Source: Eubacteriales bacterium (GTDB taxonomy: Bacteria; Bacillota; Clostridia; Oscillospirales; CAG-272). From it: a stretch of DNA of 64,000 bases. The position numbers and the translations under genes are program-made. The notes under the pieces were generated by a model. The model worked only from the letters and a program-made list of their open reading frames with translations, was not told where the DNA came from and searched no databases. The stretch is from NCBI GenBank assembly GCA_045588085.1, contig JAZNDN010000026.1:2646-66645 (forward strand). The letters run 5' to 3'. Numbering within the stretch: position 1 is the first letter of the stretch; every line of letters starts with the position of its first letter. Below are positions 21,346 through 31,064 of the stretch, in pieces.

Positions 21346-22887
21346 ATGGATCCGTTATCATTGATAATCGGTATCTGCGGTGGCGTCGTCGTCGGCGGCA
21401 TCGTAGGTTTTATTTTGAGACGTTCAATCGCAGAAAAAAAGCTCGGCTCCGCTGAGGAGCAGTCCAGAAAAATTCTTGAAGACGCTATCAAAAATGCCGA
21501 AAGCGCAAAGAAGGAAGCTATCATTTCCGCTAAGGAAGAGATTTTCCAGATGAAGAAGGAGGCAGATTTTGACGTTAAGGAGCGTAGGAAAGAGGTTTCC
21601 AGACTTGAAAGACGCATAACGCAGAAGGAGGAAACTCTTGATGCCAAGCTTGACGGTCTTGAGAGAAAGGAGCAGGCGCTTGCAGACAAGCATGCGGCTT
21701 TGGATAAGTTAAAGGCAGAGACCGAGGGAGTACTTGAGAAGCAAACTCAGGTGCTTGAGAAAATGGCAGGCCTTACAAGAGAAGAGGCGAAGAGCGAGCT
21801 GGTTGCAAAGCTTGACAGCGAAATGCAGCACGAAACCGCTCTTAAGATAGCAGAGTACGAGGAAAAATTCCGTGACGAAGCAGAGGGCAAGGCAAAGGAC
21901 ATTCTCTCTCTTGCTATTCAGCGCTACGCGGCAGACCACGTAAGCGAAATTGCAATTTCCGTCGTTCAGATACCCGGTGACGAAATGAAGGGAAGAATCA
22001 TCGGCCGCGAGGGAAGAAACATACGTACTATGGAAAATCTCACGGGAGTTGAGCTTATAATCGACGATACTCCCGACGTAATAACCGTTTCGGGCTTTGA
22101 CCCTGTACGCCGTGAGATAGCTCGCCTTGCACTTGAAAAGCTCATTGCCGACGGAAGAATCCATCCGGCAAGAATTGAGGAGATGGTTGAAAAGGCAAAG
22201 CGCGACGTTGACAACGCTATAAAGCAGGCAGGAGAGCGCGCGGTATTTGAAACCGGTGTTCACGGCTTGCACCCCGAGCTTATAAAGCTTCTCGGCAGAA
22301 TGAAATACCGTACCTCTTACGGTCAGAACGCTCTTCGCCATTCGATAGAGGTTTCTATGCTTGCGGGCGTCATTGCCGACGAAATGGGTGTTGACGTTAC
22401 TATGGCAAAGAGAGCGGGACTTCTTCACGACATAGGTAAGGCGGTTACTGCAGAGGCAGAGGGTTCGCATATTCAGCTCGGTGTTGAAATTGCAACCAAG
22501 TACCGCGAAAACAAGACTATAATTCATGCCATTGAAGCACACCATAACGACGTTGAGCCTGCCGGAGTTCTTGATTTCATAATTCAGGCAGCCGACGCCA
22601 TCAGTGCTGCCCGTCCCGGTGCACGTCGCGAGGACGTAGAGAATTACATTAAGCGTCTTCAGAAGCTTGAAGAGGTAGCGGGCGACTTCGAGGGAGTTGA
22701 AAAAACCTTTGCTATTCAGGCGGGACGCGAGGTCAGAATTATGGTTAAGCCTGAGGTTGTCAGCGACGATAAGATGAAGCTTCTTGCGCGTGATATTGCC
22801 AAGAAGATAGAAAACGAGCTTGATTATCCCGGTCAGATAAAGGTCAGTGTTATACGTGAGAGCAGAACCGTAGACTACGCAAAGTAA
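21346..22887 (+). CDS. rny: Ribonuclease Y
   Basis: 513 aa with an N-terminal TM helix ([21 protein letters not shown]), a coiled coil, a KH domain ([12 protein letters not shown]) and an HD domain ([10 protein letters not shown]). The RBS gaggagg lies upstream. Confidence 0.95.
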   Translation: MDPLSLIIGICGGVVVGGIVGFILRRSIAEKKLGSAEEQSRKILEDAIKNAESAKKEAIISAKEEIFQMKKEADFDVKERRKEVSRLERRITQKEETLDAKLDGLERKEQALADKHAALDKLKAETEGVLEKQTQVLEKMAGLTREEAKSELVAKLDSEMQHETALKIAEYEEKFRDEAEGKAKDILSLAIQRYAADHVSEIAISVVQIPGDEMKGRIIGREGRNIRTMENLTGVELIIDDTPDVITVSGFDPVRREIARLALEKLIADGRIHPARIEEMVEKAKRDVDNAIKQAGERAVFETGVHGLHPELIKLLGRMKYRTSYGQNALRHSIEVSMLAGVIADEMGVDVTMAKRAGLLHDIGKAVTAEAEGSHIQLGVEIATKYRENKTIIHAIEAHHNDVEPAGVLDFIIQAADAISAARPGARREDVENYIKRLQKLEEVAGDFEGVEKTFAIQAGREVRIMVKPEVVSDDKMKLLARDIAKKIENELDYPGQIKVSVIRESRTVDYAK

Positions 22888-22943
22888 GGTGCTGTTTTAA
22901 CAATTTAAAAACGGGGGTTTGCCTCGTGAAACCCAGATAAATA

Positions 22944-22979
22944 AAAGCTCACTGTGTAATTGACTGCGGTGGGCTTTTA
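22944..22979 (+). terminator. Candidate intrinsic terminator after rny
   Basis: aaagctcac-N15-gtgggcttt forms a stem with one G-U pair, followed by tt(ag). Confidence 0.5.
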
Positions 22980-23052
22980 GATACTATTCGGTACAATTAT
23001 CCTATCGGCGAAGCGAGAGAGCTTCGTGCAGTATTGAAAAGGAGATTTTTTG

Positions 23053-26000
23053 ATGAAAGACAAAAAAGGAAAGCCTCAGGGACGCGGAATTGACGCCTTT
23101 TCCGATATATCGCTTAGCGGTATGGGAAAATACAACGAAAGAAATGCAGAGGCGCATAAGCTTAAAAGAATAGCCGAACTTGACGAAAGAATCAGAAAGT
23201 TCGCGCAAAGAGAGAAGGATGCTGAGTGGATAAAGGAAGCAGCCGAATTTTGCGACCGTGAAACTCTTGCAAACAAGGATATACTTTCCGAATCGCACGA
23301 AGCGTACAGACTTCCTCTCATAAAGGCAGAGGCGGAAAAACTTGAGGCTTTGGCTGCTGAGGCGGCTGCAGAGGCTGAGCGTGAAAGGCTTGCAAAAATA
23401 GAGGCAGACGGAAAGGCACGCTTGGCAAAGATACAGTCCGAAAACAAGGCGCGTATGGCTCAGATGGCAGCGGATGCTGCAAGACAGGCGGAGGCAGACA
23501 GGCTTGCAAACGAGGCAAGGATAGCCAAGGCAAAAGCCGATGCCGAGGCAACCCGACTTCTCAGAGAAAAGGAAGCTGAGGACGCAAGACTTGCCGATGA
23601 AAGACGCGACAGGGAAGAAAAGAAGAGACTGGCTAAAATTGCCGCAGATGCAGAGGAAAAGGCTCTTCTTGAGAAGATAGAACGCGAACGTGCCGCAGAA
23701 AAGAAAAAGCGTGATGCCCAGGCTCAAAGGGAACAGATAACAGAGCTTGCGGCAAAGGGTGACGAGCTCGTTGCAATGCTCGTTTCATCTCCGAGAAGCA
23801 AATTCTGGTGCGGTGAGGTAGAGCGCGCAAACGAGGAGATAAACGCATATCCCAGAGAAGCTCTCATTCTGATGAAGACGCTCCCCGAGCTTGAGAGAAT
23901 AGCGGAGGAGGCAAAGGCTCTTCAGCGCGGAATCGTTCTGGACAAGAAGATAGAAAAGCTTGCTGCGGTTAAGAAAAGAGATTCCGCATGGGCTGAGGAG
24001 GTTCTTTGGTGCGAATCTGAGCTTTCTCTAGTCGGTGAGGATAGTACCAAGAGTGAAAATGCGCTTTACTCGCTGATTAAAGAAGCAAGGAGAATAAAGT
24101 ACAGTGAATACATAGCTCCCTACGAAAAGCTCGTAAGGGATTTGCGCGCGATGAGTGCAAAAACCGTGACCGATGCTCATTGCGAAAGATACAACAAGCT
24201 TAACGACCAGCTTTCCTCGCTTGAGTTCGATATTTGTGAGTTCATTGATGAGTTCGAGATTGAATGGGAGAGCATAAGAGCAAAGATTCTCCAATATCTC
24301 AGCAATAAGGCGGATGCAGAAAGACAAACAAAAATAGACCGCGAACGCCGCGAGAGAGAAGCTCTTGCAGAAGCCGAGAGGGAAAAGGCTAAAAAGCGTG
24401 CAGAGGCAGAGGAAAACGCGCGCCGCAAGATATCCGAGGAATACAGAATCCTGCTTCAAACCATTGAAAGCGGAAGCTTTGACGATTCATTGGCTTCGTT
24501 TGAGGCATACGACAAGAAGCGTTCCTCTCTTGATTTCTCACTTTCCGACAGAATTGAAAACTTTGAAAATCGTATGGTAGCGGCAAGACTTGCCGTTGAT
24601 AAGCGCAATGCCGAGATTGAAGCAGCCGAGAAGCACCGCGCGGAAGAAGCAAAGCGTGCAAAGGCTGCAGCTGCAAAAAAGGCTGCCGACGAAAAGAGGC
24701 GCCGTGCAAGGCTTGCCGCAATCCGTCAGAATTTAGGAACTATAATATCAGTCAGCATAGTGGTGCTGCTTTGTGCCGCATGCGCTGTCGGAGCGATTCT
24801 TCTTGCAGATAGCAGAATGCTGTTTATTGCCGCTGCAATATTCGTTGCCGTCGGCTTCTCGGTTATGCTTATGAAGCCGATAATCTTCAAGAGCGTATCC
24901 GATATGGTAGTAACTCTGATTTCCAGAGCGGCTCTTTTCATCGGTGCGATAATTCTCGTTTTCATACCCCAGACGCGCCTCATAGGCATTGCCTTGGGTG
25001 CTGTGCTGGTGCTTTCGGCAGTTGAGCTTGTTCTTGACGTTATGATATCCAACCGTATGCTCAGCGCGAAGAGCTGGTATCGCTCAAAGGGTGACGCCGA
25101 AGCAGCGTTTTATATCAATATGGTAGCGGTAGCCTGCGGAATTTGCGCGTCATGCATCGGACTTGGATTTATCGTCGGAGCATCGAATTTCGTTATCGGC
25201 GTTTTGATTGCCGTCGGCGGAAGCGCTGCTGCATATCTGGCGCTTGCCATTGCGGTATACATCTTAACCGACTTACAGCACGAGTGTTATTACGTATTCT
25301 TCGCGGTTGATGCCGCTCTCATGGTTCTTTCGGTAGTTCTTACCTTTGTTTCCAGAGCCGGCGTGCAGATAGCGCTTGCAATAGGCATAGCAACGGCAAT
25401 TCATATACTCGTTTGTGCTATTATGAGTACGTACGCAGAGTATGACGATGCGCTTATGTGCTTGCTCTGGGTAACCTTTGCAGTTCAGGTTATTGCAGTA
25501 ATTCTTTCTCTCCTTATCTTCTTAAAATTCTGGGGAACTAAGGACTTTGTCGTAAGCCCCGACGGAGAGCTTGTCGGAGTGTTCGTTCATAACGGAGAAG
25601 ATGTTCTTGAAATCCCGGAGGTTATTGACGGGGTAACCGTAACCTCAATAGCCGACAGCTGCTTTGACAGAATTTCCGTAAGCGGCAGACGCAGTTACGA
25701 CAAAATTGTTCTGCCCGATACCGTGACAAGTATAGACGATAGCGGTCTTGCCTGGTGCTCAGTTCCCACCGTAGTGCTTAGCGAGAATATAAAAACCATA
25801 GGTGACGGAGCGTTTGCTTATTCGCACATTACCGAGCTGGTAGCTCCCGATGGCGTTGAATTTGACACGGACAAGGGCCATTACATTCCCGCCGGCGTTA
25901 CCTCTATTGGTAAAGGCGCATTTGCCGAAAGCAGACTTGCCGGAAAGCTCACGCTTCCCGACGGCATAACCTCAATCAAAGCGAGCACCTTTGAGGCGTC

Positions 26001-26418
26001 TGCAATAGAGGAGGTTGTGGCAAACAACGTCAAAACGGTTGAAGAAAACGCTTTTAAGAATGCTGTAAGTCTTCACACCGTAAGCTTTGGCGACGGTCTT
26101 GAGCGTATTGGTGACAGTGCATTCAGAAACTGCGAAAAGCTCACCGAGGTAAATCTTCCCCAATCGCTCAAATACGTTGGTGACGTTTCATTCGGCGGTT
26201 GTAAAATACTTGCGGAGATTGACCTTTCAATGGTAAAGGAAATCGGTGCCGAAGCTTTCAAGAATTCCTATGCGAGTATTAACGTCCACCTCGGCAAAAA
26301 CCTTACAAGACTGGGTGACAATGCATTCGCGGGCGCAGCCTCTGCGGTCGTTCATTACAGCGGAACCGAGTCCGAATGGAACAAGGTGAAGGGTAACAAC
26401 AGCCCCACACTTAAATAA
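23053..26418 (+). CDS. Giant membrane protein: ~560-aa cytoplasmic Ala/Glu/Lys/Arg coiled coil, ~9 TM helices, and a C-terminal extracellular BspA-type leucine-rich-repeat domain
   Basis: The RBS ggaga lies 7 nt before the ATG at 23053 (the ORF track starts at the TTG at 23050). The coiled coil has repeats such as ERERLAKIEADGKARLAKIQ...KRLAKIAADAEEK. Nine hydrophobic segments fall between about nt 24735 and 25535. The C-terminal ~290 aa has the repeated pattern ..VTSIg..AF..c..L..v.LP..l..IGd.AF (LRR_5/BspA-like). Confidence 0.8.
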   Translation: MKDKKGKPQGRGIDAFSDISLSGMGKYNERNAEAHKLKRIAELDERIRKFAQREKDAEWIKEAAEFCDRETLANKDILSESHEAYRLPLIKAEAEKLEALAAEAAAEAERERLAKIEADGKARLAKIQSENKARMAQMAADAARQAEADRLANEARIAKAKADAEATRLLREKEAEDARLADERRDREEKKRLAKIAADAEEKALLEKIERERAAEKKKRDAQAQREQITELAAKGDELVAMLVSSPRSKFWCGEVERANEEINAYPREALILMKTLPELERIAEEAKALQRGIVLDKKIEKLAAVKKRDSAWAEEVLWCESELSLVGEDSTKSENALYSLIKEARRIKYSEYIAPYEKLVRDLRAMSAKTVTDAHCERYNKLNDQLSSLEFDICEFIDEFEIEWESIRAKILQYLSNKADAERQTKIDRERREREALAEAEREKAKKRAEAEENARRKISEEYRILLQTIESGSFDDSLASFEAYDKKRSSLDFSLSDRIENFENRMVAARLAVDKRNAEIEAAEKHRAEEAKRAKAAAAKKAADEKRRRARLAAIRQNLGTIISVSIVVLLCAACAVGAILLADSRMLFIAAAIFVAVGFSVMLMKPIIFKSVSDMVVTLISRAALFIGAIILVFIPQTRLIGIALGAVLVLSAVELVLDVMISNRMLSAKSWYRSKGDAEAAFYINMVAVACGICASCIGLGFIVGASNFVIGVLIAVGGSAAAYLALAIAVYILTDLQHECYYVFFAVDAALMVLSVVLTFVSRAGVQIALAIGIATAIHILVCAIMSTYAEYDDALMCLLWVTFAVQVIAVILSLLIFLKFWGTKDFVVSPDGELVGVFVHNGEDVLEIPEVIDGVTVTSIADSCFDRISVSGRRSYDKIVLPDTVTSIDDSGLAWCSVPTVVLSENIKTIGDGAFAYSHITELVAPDGVEFDTDKGHYIPAGVTSIGKGAFAESRLAGKLTLPDGITSIKASTFEASAIEEVVANNVKTVEENAFKNAVSLHTVSFGDGLERIGDSAFRNCEKLTEVNLPQSLKYVGDVSFGGCKILAEIDLSMVKEIGAEAFKNSYASINVHLGKNLTRLGDNAFAGAASAVVHYSGTESEWNKVKGNNSPTLK

Positions 26419-26459
26419 ACGCAATCCTAAAAACTAATTTTGGAGAAAAAGTCCTTACG

Positions 26460-29400
26460 ATGAGTACTCTTAGCGAACGCATAAGGACGGCGAGAGAGCG
26501 CTATGAGCGTGAGTGCGCCGCGATAAAAGAAAAATATACGGAGCTTATATCCGAGAAGCGAAACGAGATAAAAGAACTTAAGGCAACGGATTTTTATGCA
26601 GGATACATAGAAAGCTATGCTGCATCTTTAGACACGCTTGAGGGCATATACCGCGAAATCGAGGATATTCAGGACAAAACTCTCGGCATTGAGTTCAGGG
26701 TGAGAAGGTACATTTCCACTCTGAAGCCGAGGGCATGCACTAACGGTGCGCTTGAATATTTCTCAAGGCTAGTTGCCGAATGCCGCGAGGCTATAATGCT
26801 CGTGCGCACAAGCTCCTCAATTGAAAACGACGTAGCACCGCTTAAGCGCTTCTGCCAGGGTCTTGTAGATTTGCGCCATCTTAACGAGTGTGCCGCAGAA
26901 TATCTTAAGAACGACGGAACCCCCGACCGCGAGAAGAAAGAGGCGGTAGCCGAGGCGGAGCGTGAGCTTAAGGCTCTTAACGAGGAGTACGACAAGGCTT
27001 GCAGATTTGAAAATATGGCCTGCTTCGCTGAGTGCAGCGCCTTGAAGAGCAGCATTAATTCCGATGCCGCAAGGCTCGATAGCATGCGTCTCGGAACCGA
27101 GCCCGCAGGAGAGACGGACGCTTCGAATGGATATAATTTCCTTATAGGATTTTCGAAAACCAACCTTGCCGAAGCAGACAGAATATTTGCCGAGAAAATA
27201 CTCGGAGTTGACCCCAGAGGGCTTTCTGTGGCACCTGTGTATTTCAATTACCGCTCCGGGCACAGCACTCTTATAATAAGAGCGAGCGAGAAAAAGCTCT
27301 TTGACAGAGGCTGCCTTGCGCTTATGCGTGACTTATATTTCTCAATAGCAGGAAGCATTTACTCGGGCGGCATGCAGTATTTTTGCGCCGAATGTAATCC
27401 TAAGGGGACTACGATAGTCGGAAAAATAGCGAGCAAGATAAACTCAAAGATAGGAAAGAATTTCCTTATCGGCTCGGCAGACAATATACAGGATATGTTG
27501 AAAGGCTTTGACGGACTTCACGAGATATGGTCAGAGCATTCGAACGCTTATCTTGATTATGCTGATATTTTCGAGTACAACTCTAAAAACCCCGACGGCA
27601 AGCACACCTTTGTTCTTGCTAATATCTACGGATATCCGGAATGTATCAATACGGACAACTCCGGTAAATCCTATGAGCTTCTCGCGAAGATGGCGGGCGA
27701 ATGGGGAGACGAAGGCTTTATCACCGTTATCGCAGAGCGTAGCGACGGTAAATTTAACGCCAACGCACCTAAGCTCAGCCCGGAGGCTCTCGGAGCAGAC
27801 CTGCTCGAGATTGACGATAACGGGAATGCTTATTTTAACGGACAGATTATAGATACGAAAATACAGGGCAACGGATTTGATGCCGAAACCTATTGGAATT
27901 CACTTAGCAGATATTCCGAAATAACCGTATCCACCGCGCTTTCGGATACTATTGCTCAGCTTGCTATTGACAGAAAGAACGGTGTCAAGAAGACTGCTCC
28001 TTACTACGATAAATTCATTATACCCATGGGTGCAAACGAGGATACCACCGGATTTGACGTGGAAATCTCGTTCAGCACTAACCAGTGCTTCGGTATAATT
28101 CTCGGAGGAACGAGGTCGGGTAAGTCCTCGTTCATGCACTCCTTTATTCTTTCTGCCTGCTCCCATTACTCGCCCGACGAGGTACAGTTTTATCTTGCTG
28201 ACTTCAAGGCGGCGGGCAAGGAGGCTCCGGAATTTTCAAATTACCAGAAGCTTGACGGGCTTAAAAACTTAGCTGTTCCGCACGTCCGTTATCTGCTTCT
28301 TCAGAGCAGCGCGGAAAATGCGATAGACCTTCTTAATAAAATCACCTCGCTTATGAAAGAGCGAACCGTGTTCTTCCGTACGAAAGGAAAACGTCCTTAT
28401 ACCTCTTGCAGCGAGTACAACGCCAGCGAGGAGGTAAGAACAGGTAAAGCGCCGAAGCTGCCGTTTATATTCTTCCTTATTGACGAGGCGAACAATATGC
28501 TCACCGGTGGACTCAAGAACATAAGCAATGGAAATACCGATGCCGCCGGTAATGCAAGGCTGCTCGGACAGATAAAGAACAGCCTTGAGAATATACTTAA
28601 GCAAGCAGCATCAGCCGGTGTGGGAATAATCTTTGCCGGTCAGGACACAAAGGGACTGAGCAGCGGCCACCTTGCGCAAATCGGTACGAGAATATGCCTT
28701 AAGGTTGACGACGAGCAGATTTTCAGAAATATATTCAATATTCCGTACAGCGACGTTTCCAAGATGATAATGCGCTTGGAAAAGGGAAAGGCTTACTATA
28801 CCAATAAGGGTATGCGAGAGGCTCCCAAATTCGTCAGAACGGCGTATGCGGGGAAAACCTCGGGGGAGCAGGCGCTCGGAATTGCTGAAAATATCAGAAA
28901 CGCCTACCTGAGTGATGAGCGTTATGCGAAAATGCTGGATATGCAGACTCTTGCAGGCAGCGAGGACTTCGTAAGTGTTGGCTATGCAAGGAGTGCCGAG
29001 GCTGAAGCTAAGGCTAACGAGGAGGCGCTTCCGGCCGACAAAAAGAGATTTGCCAATTACCACAGAATACTTATGGGTATCAGCGGTGCCTGCGGTTTCC
29101 CGTCTTACCTCGAGTATGATACGAACGTAGGCTCAAGAGGATATTACGTCGTGGCGCCTGAGGAGAGGCTTCTCAGCATTGAGCGCTGCGCTATGCTTTC
29201 CTTCCTTGATGGGCACAGAAAGGCCGACGGCTCATTGCCCGAGCTTCATTATTATGCTTTGCCGAATATAATGGAGGTCGGAATGGACGAGATGCTGAGG
29301 GCGGCTCCCGAGCTTGACGGAATGATTGACGTAATAAGGGAGCAGAGCAAATTTGCTATTAAGGTTATGGAGCTCGGTGACGCTTTCAGAGAAAGGCATA

Positions 29401-29996
29401 AGCAGTTTGTCGGGGGGCGTAGCAAAGCCTTTGACCCGGTGCTCTTCGTCGTGCATAACCCCGATTTTGTGTACGATAAAACCTTTACCCAGTGGCTACC
29501 GGACTTTAACGATGCTGAGCAGGTAAGCGACTGTGACGAGGAAAGCTTTGAGCAGAGTGAAGAGTTCGACGATATAGACGCGCTTCTTGATGCGGTTTCC
29601 GAGGAGAGTGACGAGGATATCATAAGCGTATTCGAATCCTTTGAAGACCCTAAGACCGAGCCTAAGAAGAAAAAGGAACCGTTTGCGAAGAAAACCGACT
29701 CGTTCACCCTCAAGGACGTCAGAGACACCTTTACTATGCTCTTTGAGAAGGGCAACAGATATTCGATATACGTCATGGTGCTTGCAACAACCGAGAATAC
29801 TGTAAGCATGATAAAATCGGGTCTTGGTGCAAGCCACGATTTCTGTATCTATCCGTCCTTGGCTGAAATGCGGCATGAGGAGGGGGCGACAAGCGGTGTC
29901 GGCTGTGCCTACATAATTCCCTCGGGAGTTAAGACCAGAATTATAGAATATACGGACGATGATATCCGAAGGATAGCAAAAGGCTCCGAACGATAA
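26460..29996 (+). CDS. Soluble FtsK/SpoIIIE/EssC-family P-loop ATPase with one intact and two apparently degenerate ATPase repeats
   Basis: Walker A GIILGGTRSGKSSF (nt 28104-28127). Walker B LPFIFFLIDEANNM (D675/E676 at nt 28482-28487). The blocks PDEVQFYLADFK, AASAGVGIIFAGQDTKG and IGTRICLKVDDEQ are co-linear with the FtsK motor core. No TM-length hydrophobic segment. Coiled-coil N-terminus and acidic C-proximal stretch. Confidence 0.85.
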   Translation: MSTLSERIRTARERYERECAAIKEKYTELISEKRNEIKELKATDFYAGYIESYAASLDTLEGIYREIEDIQDKTLGIEFRVRRYISTLKPRACTNGALEYFSRLVAECREAIMLVRTSSSIENDVAPLKRFCQGLVDLRHLNECAAEYLKNDGTPDREKKEAVAEAERELKALNEEYDKACRFENMACFAECSALKSSINSDAARLDSMRLGTEPAGETDASNGYNFLIGFSKTNLAEADRIFAEKILGVDPRGLSVAPVYFNYRSGHSTLIIRASEKKLFDRGCLALMRDLYFSIAGSIYSGGMQYFCAECNPKGTTIVGKIASKINSKIGKNFLIGSADNIQDMLKGFDGLHEIWSEHSNAYLDYADIFEYNSKNPDGKHTFVLANIYGYPECINTDNSGKSYELLAKMAGEWGDEGFITVIAERSDGKFNANAPKLSPEALGADLLEIDDNGNAYFNGQIIDTKIQGNGFDAETYWNSLSRYSEITVSTALSDTIAQLAIDRKNGVKKTAPYYDKFIIPMGANEDTTGFDVEISFSTNQCFGIILGGTRSGKSSFMHSFILSACSHYSPDEVQFYLADFKAAGKEAPEFSNYQKLDGLKNLAVPHVRYLLLQSSAENAIDLLNKITSLMKERTVFFRTKGKRPYTSCSEYNASEEVRTGKAPKLPFIFFLIDEANNMLTGGLKNISNGNTDAAGNARLLGQIKNSLENILKQAASAGVGIIFAGQDTKGLSSGHLAQIGTRICLKVDDEQIFRNIFNIPYSDVSKMIMRLEKGKAYYTNKGMREAPKFVRTAYAGKTSGEQALGIAENIRNAYLSDERYAKMLDMQTLAGSEDFVSVGYARSAEAEAKANEEALPADKKRFANYHRILMGISGACGFPSYLEYDTNVGSRGYYVVAPEERLLSIERCAMLSFLDGHRKADGSLPELHYYALPNIMEVGMDEMLRAAPELDGMIDVIREQSKFAIKVMELGDAFRERHKQFVGGRSKAFDPVLFVVHNPDFVYDKTFTQWLPDFNDAEQVSDCDEESFEQSEEFDDIDALLDAVSEESDEDIISVFESFEDPKTEPKKKKEPFAKKTDSFTLKDVRDTFTMLFEKGNRYSIYVMVLATTENTVSMIKSGLGASHDFCIYPSLAEMRHEEGATSGVGCAYIIPSGVKTRIIEYTDDDIRRIAKGSER

Positions 29997-30034
29997 AACG
30001 TTACAAAATCAAAACCGAAAGGAAAAAAACGACG

Positions 30035-30325
30035 TTGAACGACATATACAGCTACGAGGATATGATAGCAGCGTGCGACGACTGCGGCAGAGTCCTTGAG
30101 AAAATGAAGAGTAGCGTTGCAAGCTTCGAAACGGCAACCGGAATTTACTCGGTGTCGATAAAGGACAAGATTTCAGCAGCTGCAAATAAGCTCGTAGACG
30201 AGCTTAACGCGATTATTGCAAGCTCCCAAATCATCATAACCAAGATGAACCAAATGATCGGACAGAGCGGCGAGGAGTTCGCGGAGCTTGAAGACCAGGG
30301 TGAAGGAGAGATTAACGATATATGA
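30035..30325 (+). CDS. Small (96 aa) predicted helical-hairpin protein, candidate EsxB-like partner of the WXG protein
   Basis: TTG start with aaagga upstream. Size, predicted all-helical composition, an acidic C-terminal tail (EEFAELEDQGEGEINDI), and a 4-nt ATGA overlap with the next ORF. Confidence 0.55.
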   Translation: MNDIYSYEDMIAACDDCGRVLEKMKSSVASFETATGIYSVSIKDKISAAANKLVDELNAIIASSQIIITKMNQMIGQSGEEFAELEDQGEGEINDI

Positions 30326-30642
30326 GCATGGATAATAAAATCATTTCCAAGGGTGCAAATGCGGACAAATTCGTTGCGGAATATGCCTCTGAGGTTAAGA
30401 ACTTCGAGAGCGAGATGAGAGAAGAAATCAGTAATATGTACTCGATTTTGGACGGACTTTTCGATGCATGGACGGGTGAAATAGCCGACCTTTACAGAGG
30501 TAAAATACATCAAAATCTCGAGATGCTCCTGCTTTCCTGCGAAAAAACCGAAAAGCTCGCTGCTGTGCTTGATAAGCGCGCAGCACAGATGAGGGCGGTT
30601 CTTGAAAAGCTGAAAAGAGGCTCTGAGGCAGACGATAACTGA
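30322..30642 (+). CDS. WXG100-like small protein (106 aa)
   Basis: W50-T51-G52 (nt 30469-30477) sits mid-protein in the context LFDAWTGEIADLY, flanked by two helical halves. Compare the EsxA-type ..W.G.a...f hairpin turn. It is translationally coupled to the preceding ORF. Confidence 0.6.
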   Translation: MSMDNKIISKGANADKFVAEYASEVKNFESEMREEISNMYSILDGLFDAWTGEIADLYRGKIHQNLEMLLLSCEKTEKLAAVLDKRAAQMRAVLEKLKRGSEADDN

Positions 30643-30764
30643 TGAGAAAATCCTAATCAGCACGGAAAAGGGTATCTGTGCTTTCGGTTCTCGCGTCTTT
30701 GGCGAAGAGTACAAGCTCAGGCTTGCTGACTTTGAAATGCATTAAACGATTGTACGAGGGATTT

Positions 30765-31055
30765 ATGGGACAAAATTACACGGTTAAAAAATTCAAGGCT
30801 GACTGGGGATTTTTCAATCTCGATACGAGCTTCTCGCACGAGCACGTGTCGGTTCCTCCCGGGGCGCACCGCTGGAATGATACGGTTGGCAGAAGCCTTA
30901 CGGGCTGTCTTGACACCGTTGCAAGACGCTTTAATTCCTTTTCCGACGGTGCTTGGCGTTCTATTGAAAGAAGCCAGGATATCGGAGTTGAGGAAATGGA
31001 CCCTTACGAGAGCTGCTCGCAACAAATAGCACAGCTCCGTATCGACGTGGATTAA
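30765..31055 (+). CDS. Hypothetical small protein (96 aa from ATG 30765; the ORF track extends to GTG 30678)
   Basis: The ATG at 30765 is preceded by gaggga. No family recognised. Same strand and tight spacing within the operon. Confidence 0.45.
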   Translation: MGQNYTVKKFKADWGFFNLDTSFSHEHVSVPPGAHRWNDTVGRSLTGCLDTVARRFNSFSDGAWRSIERSQDIGVEEMDPYESCSQQIAQLRIDVD

Positions 31056-31064
31056 GGAGGCGTT

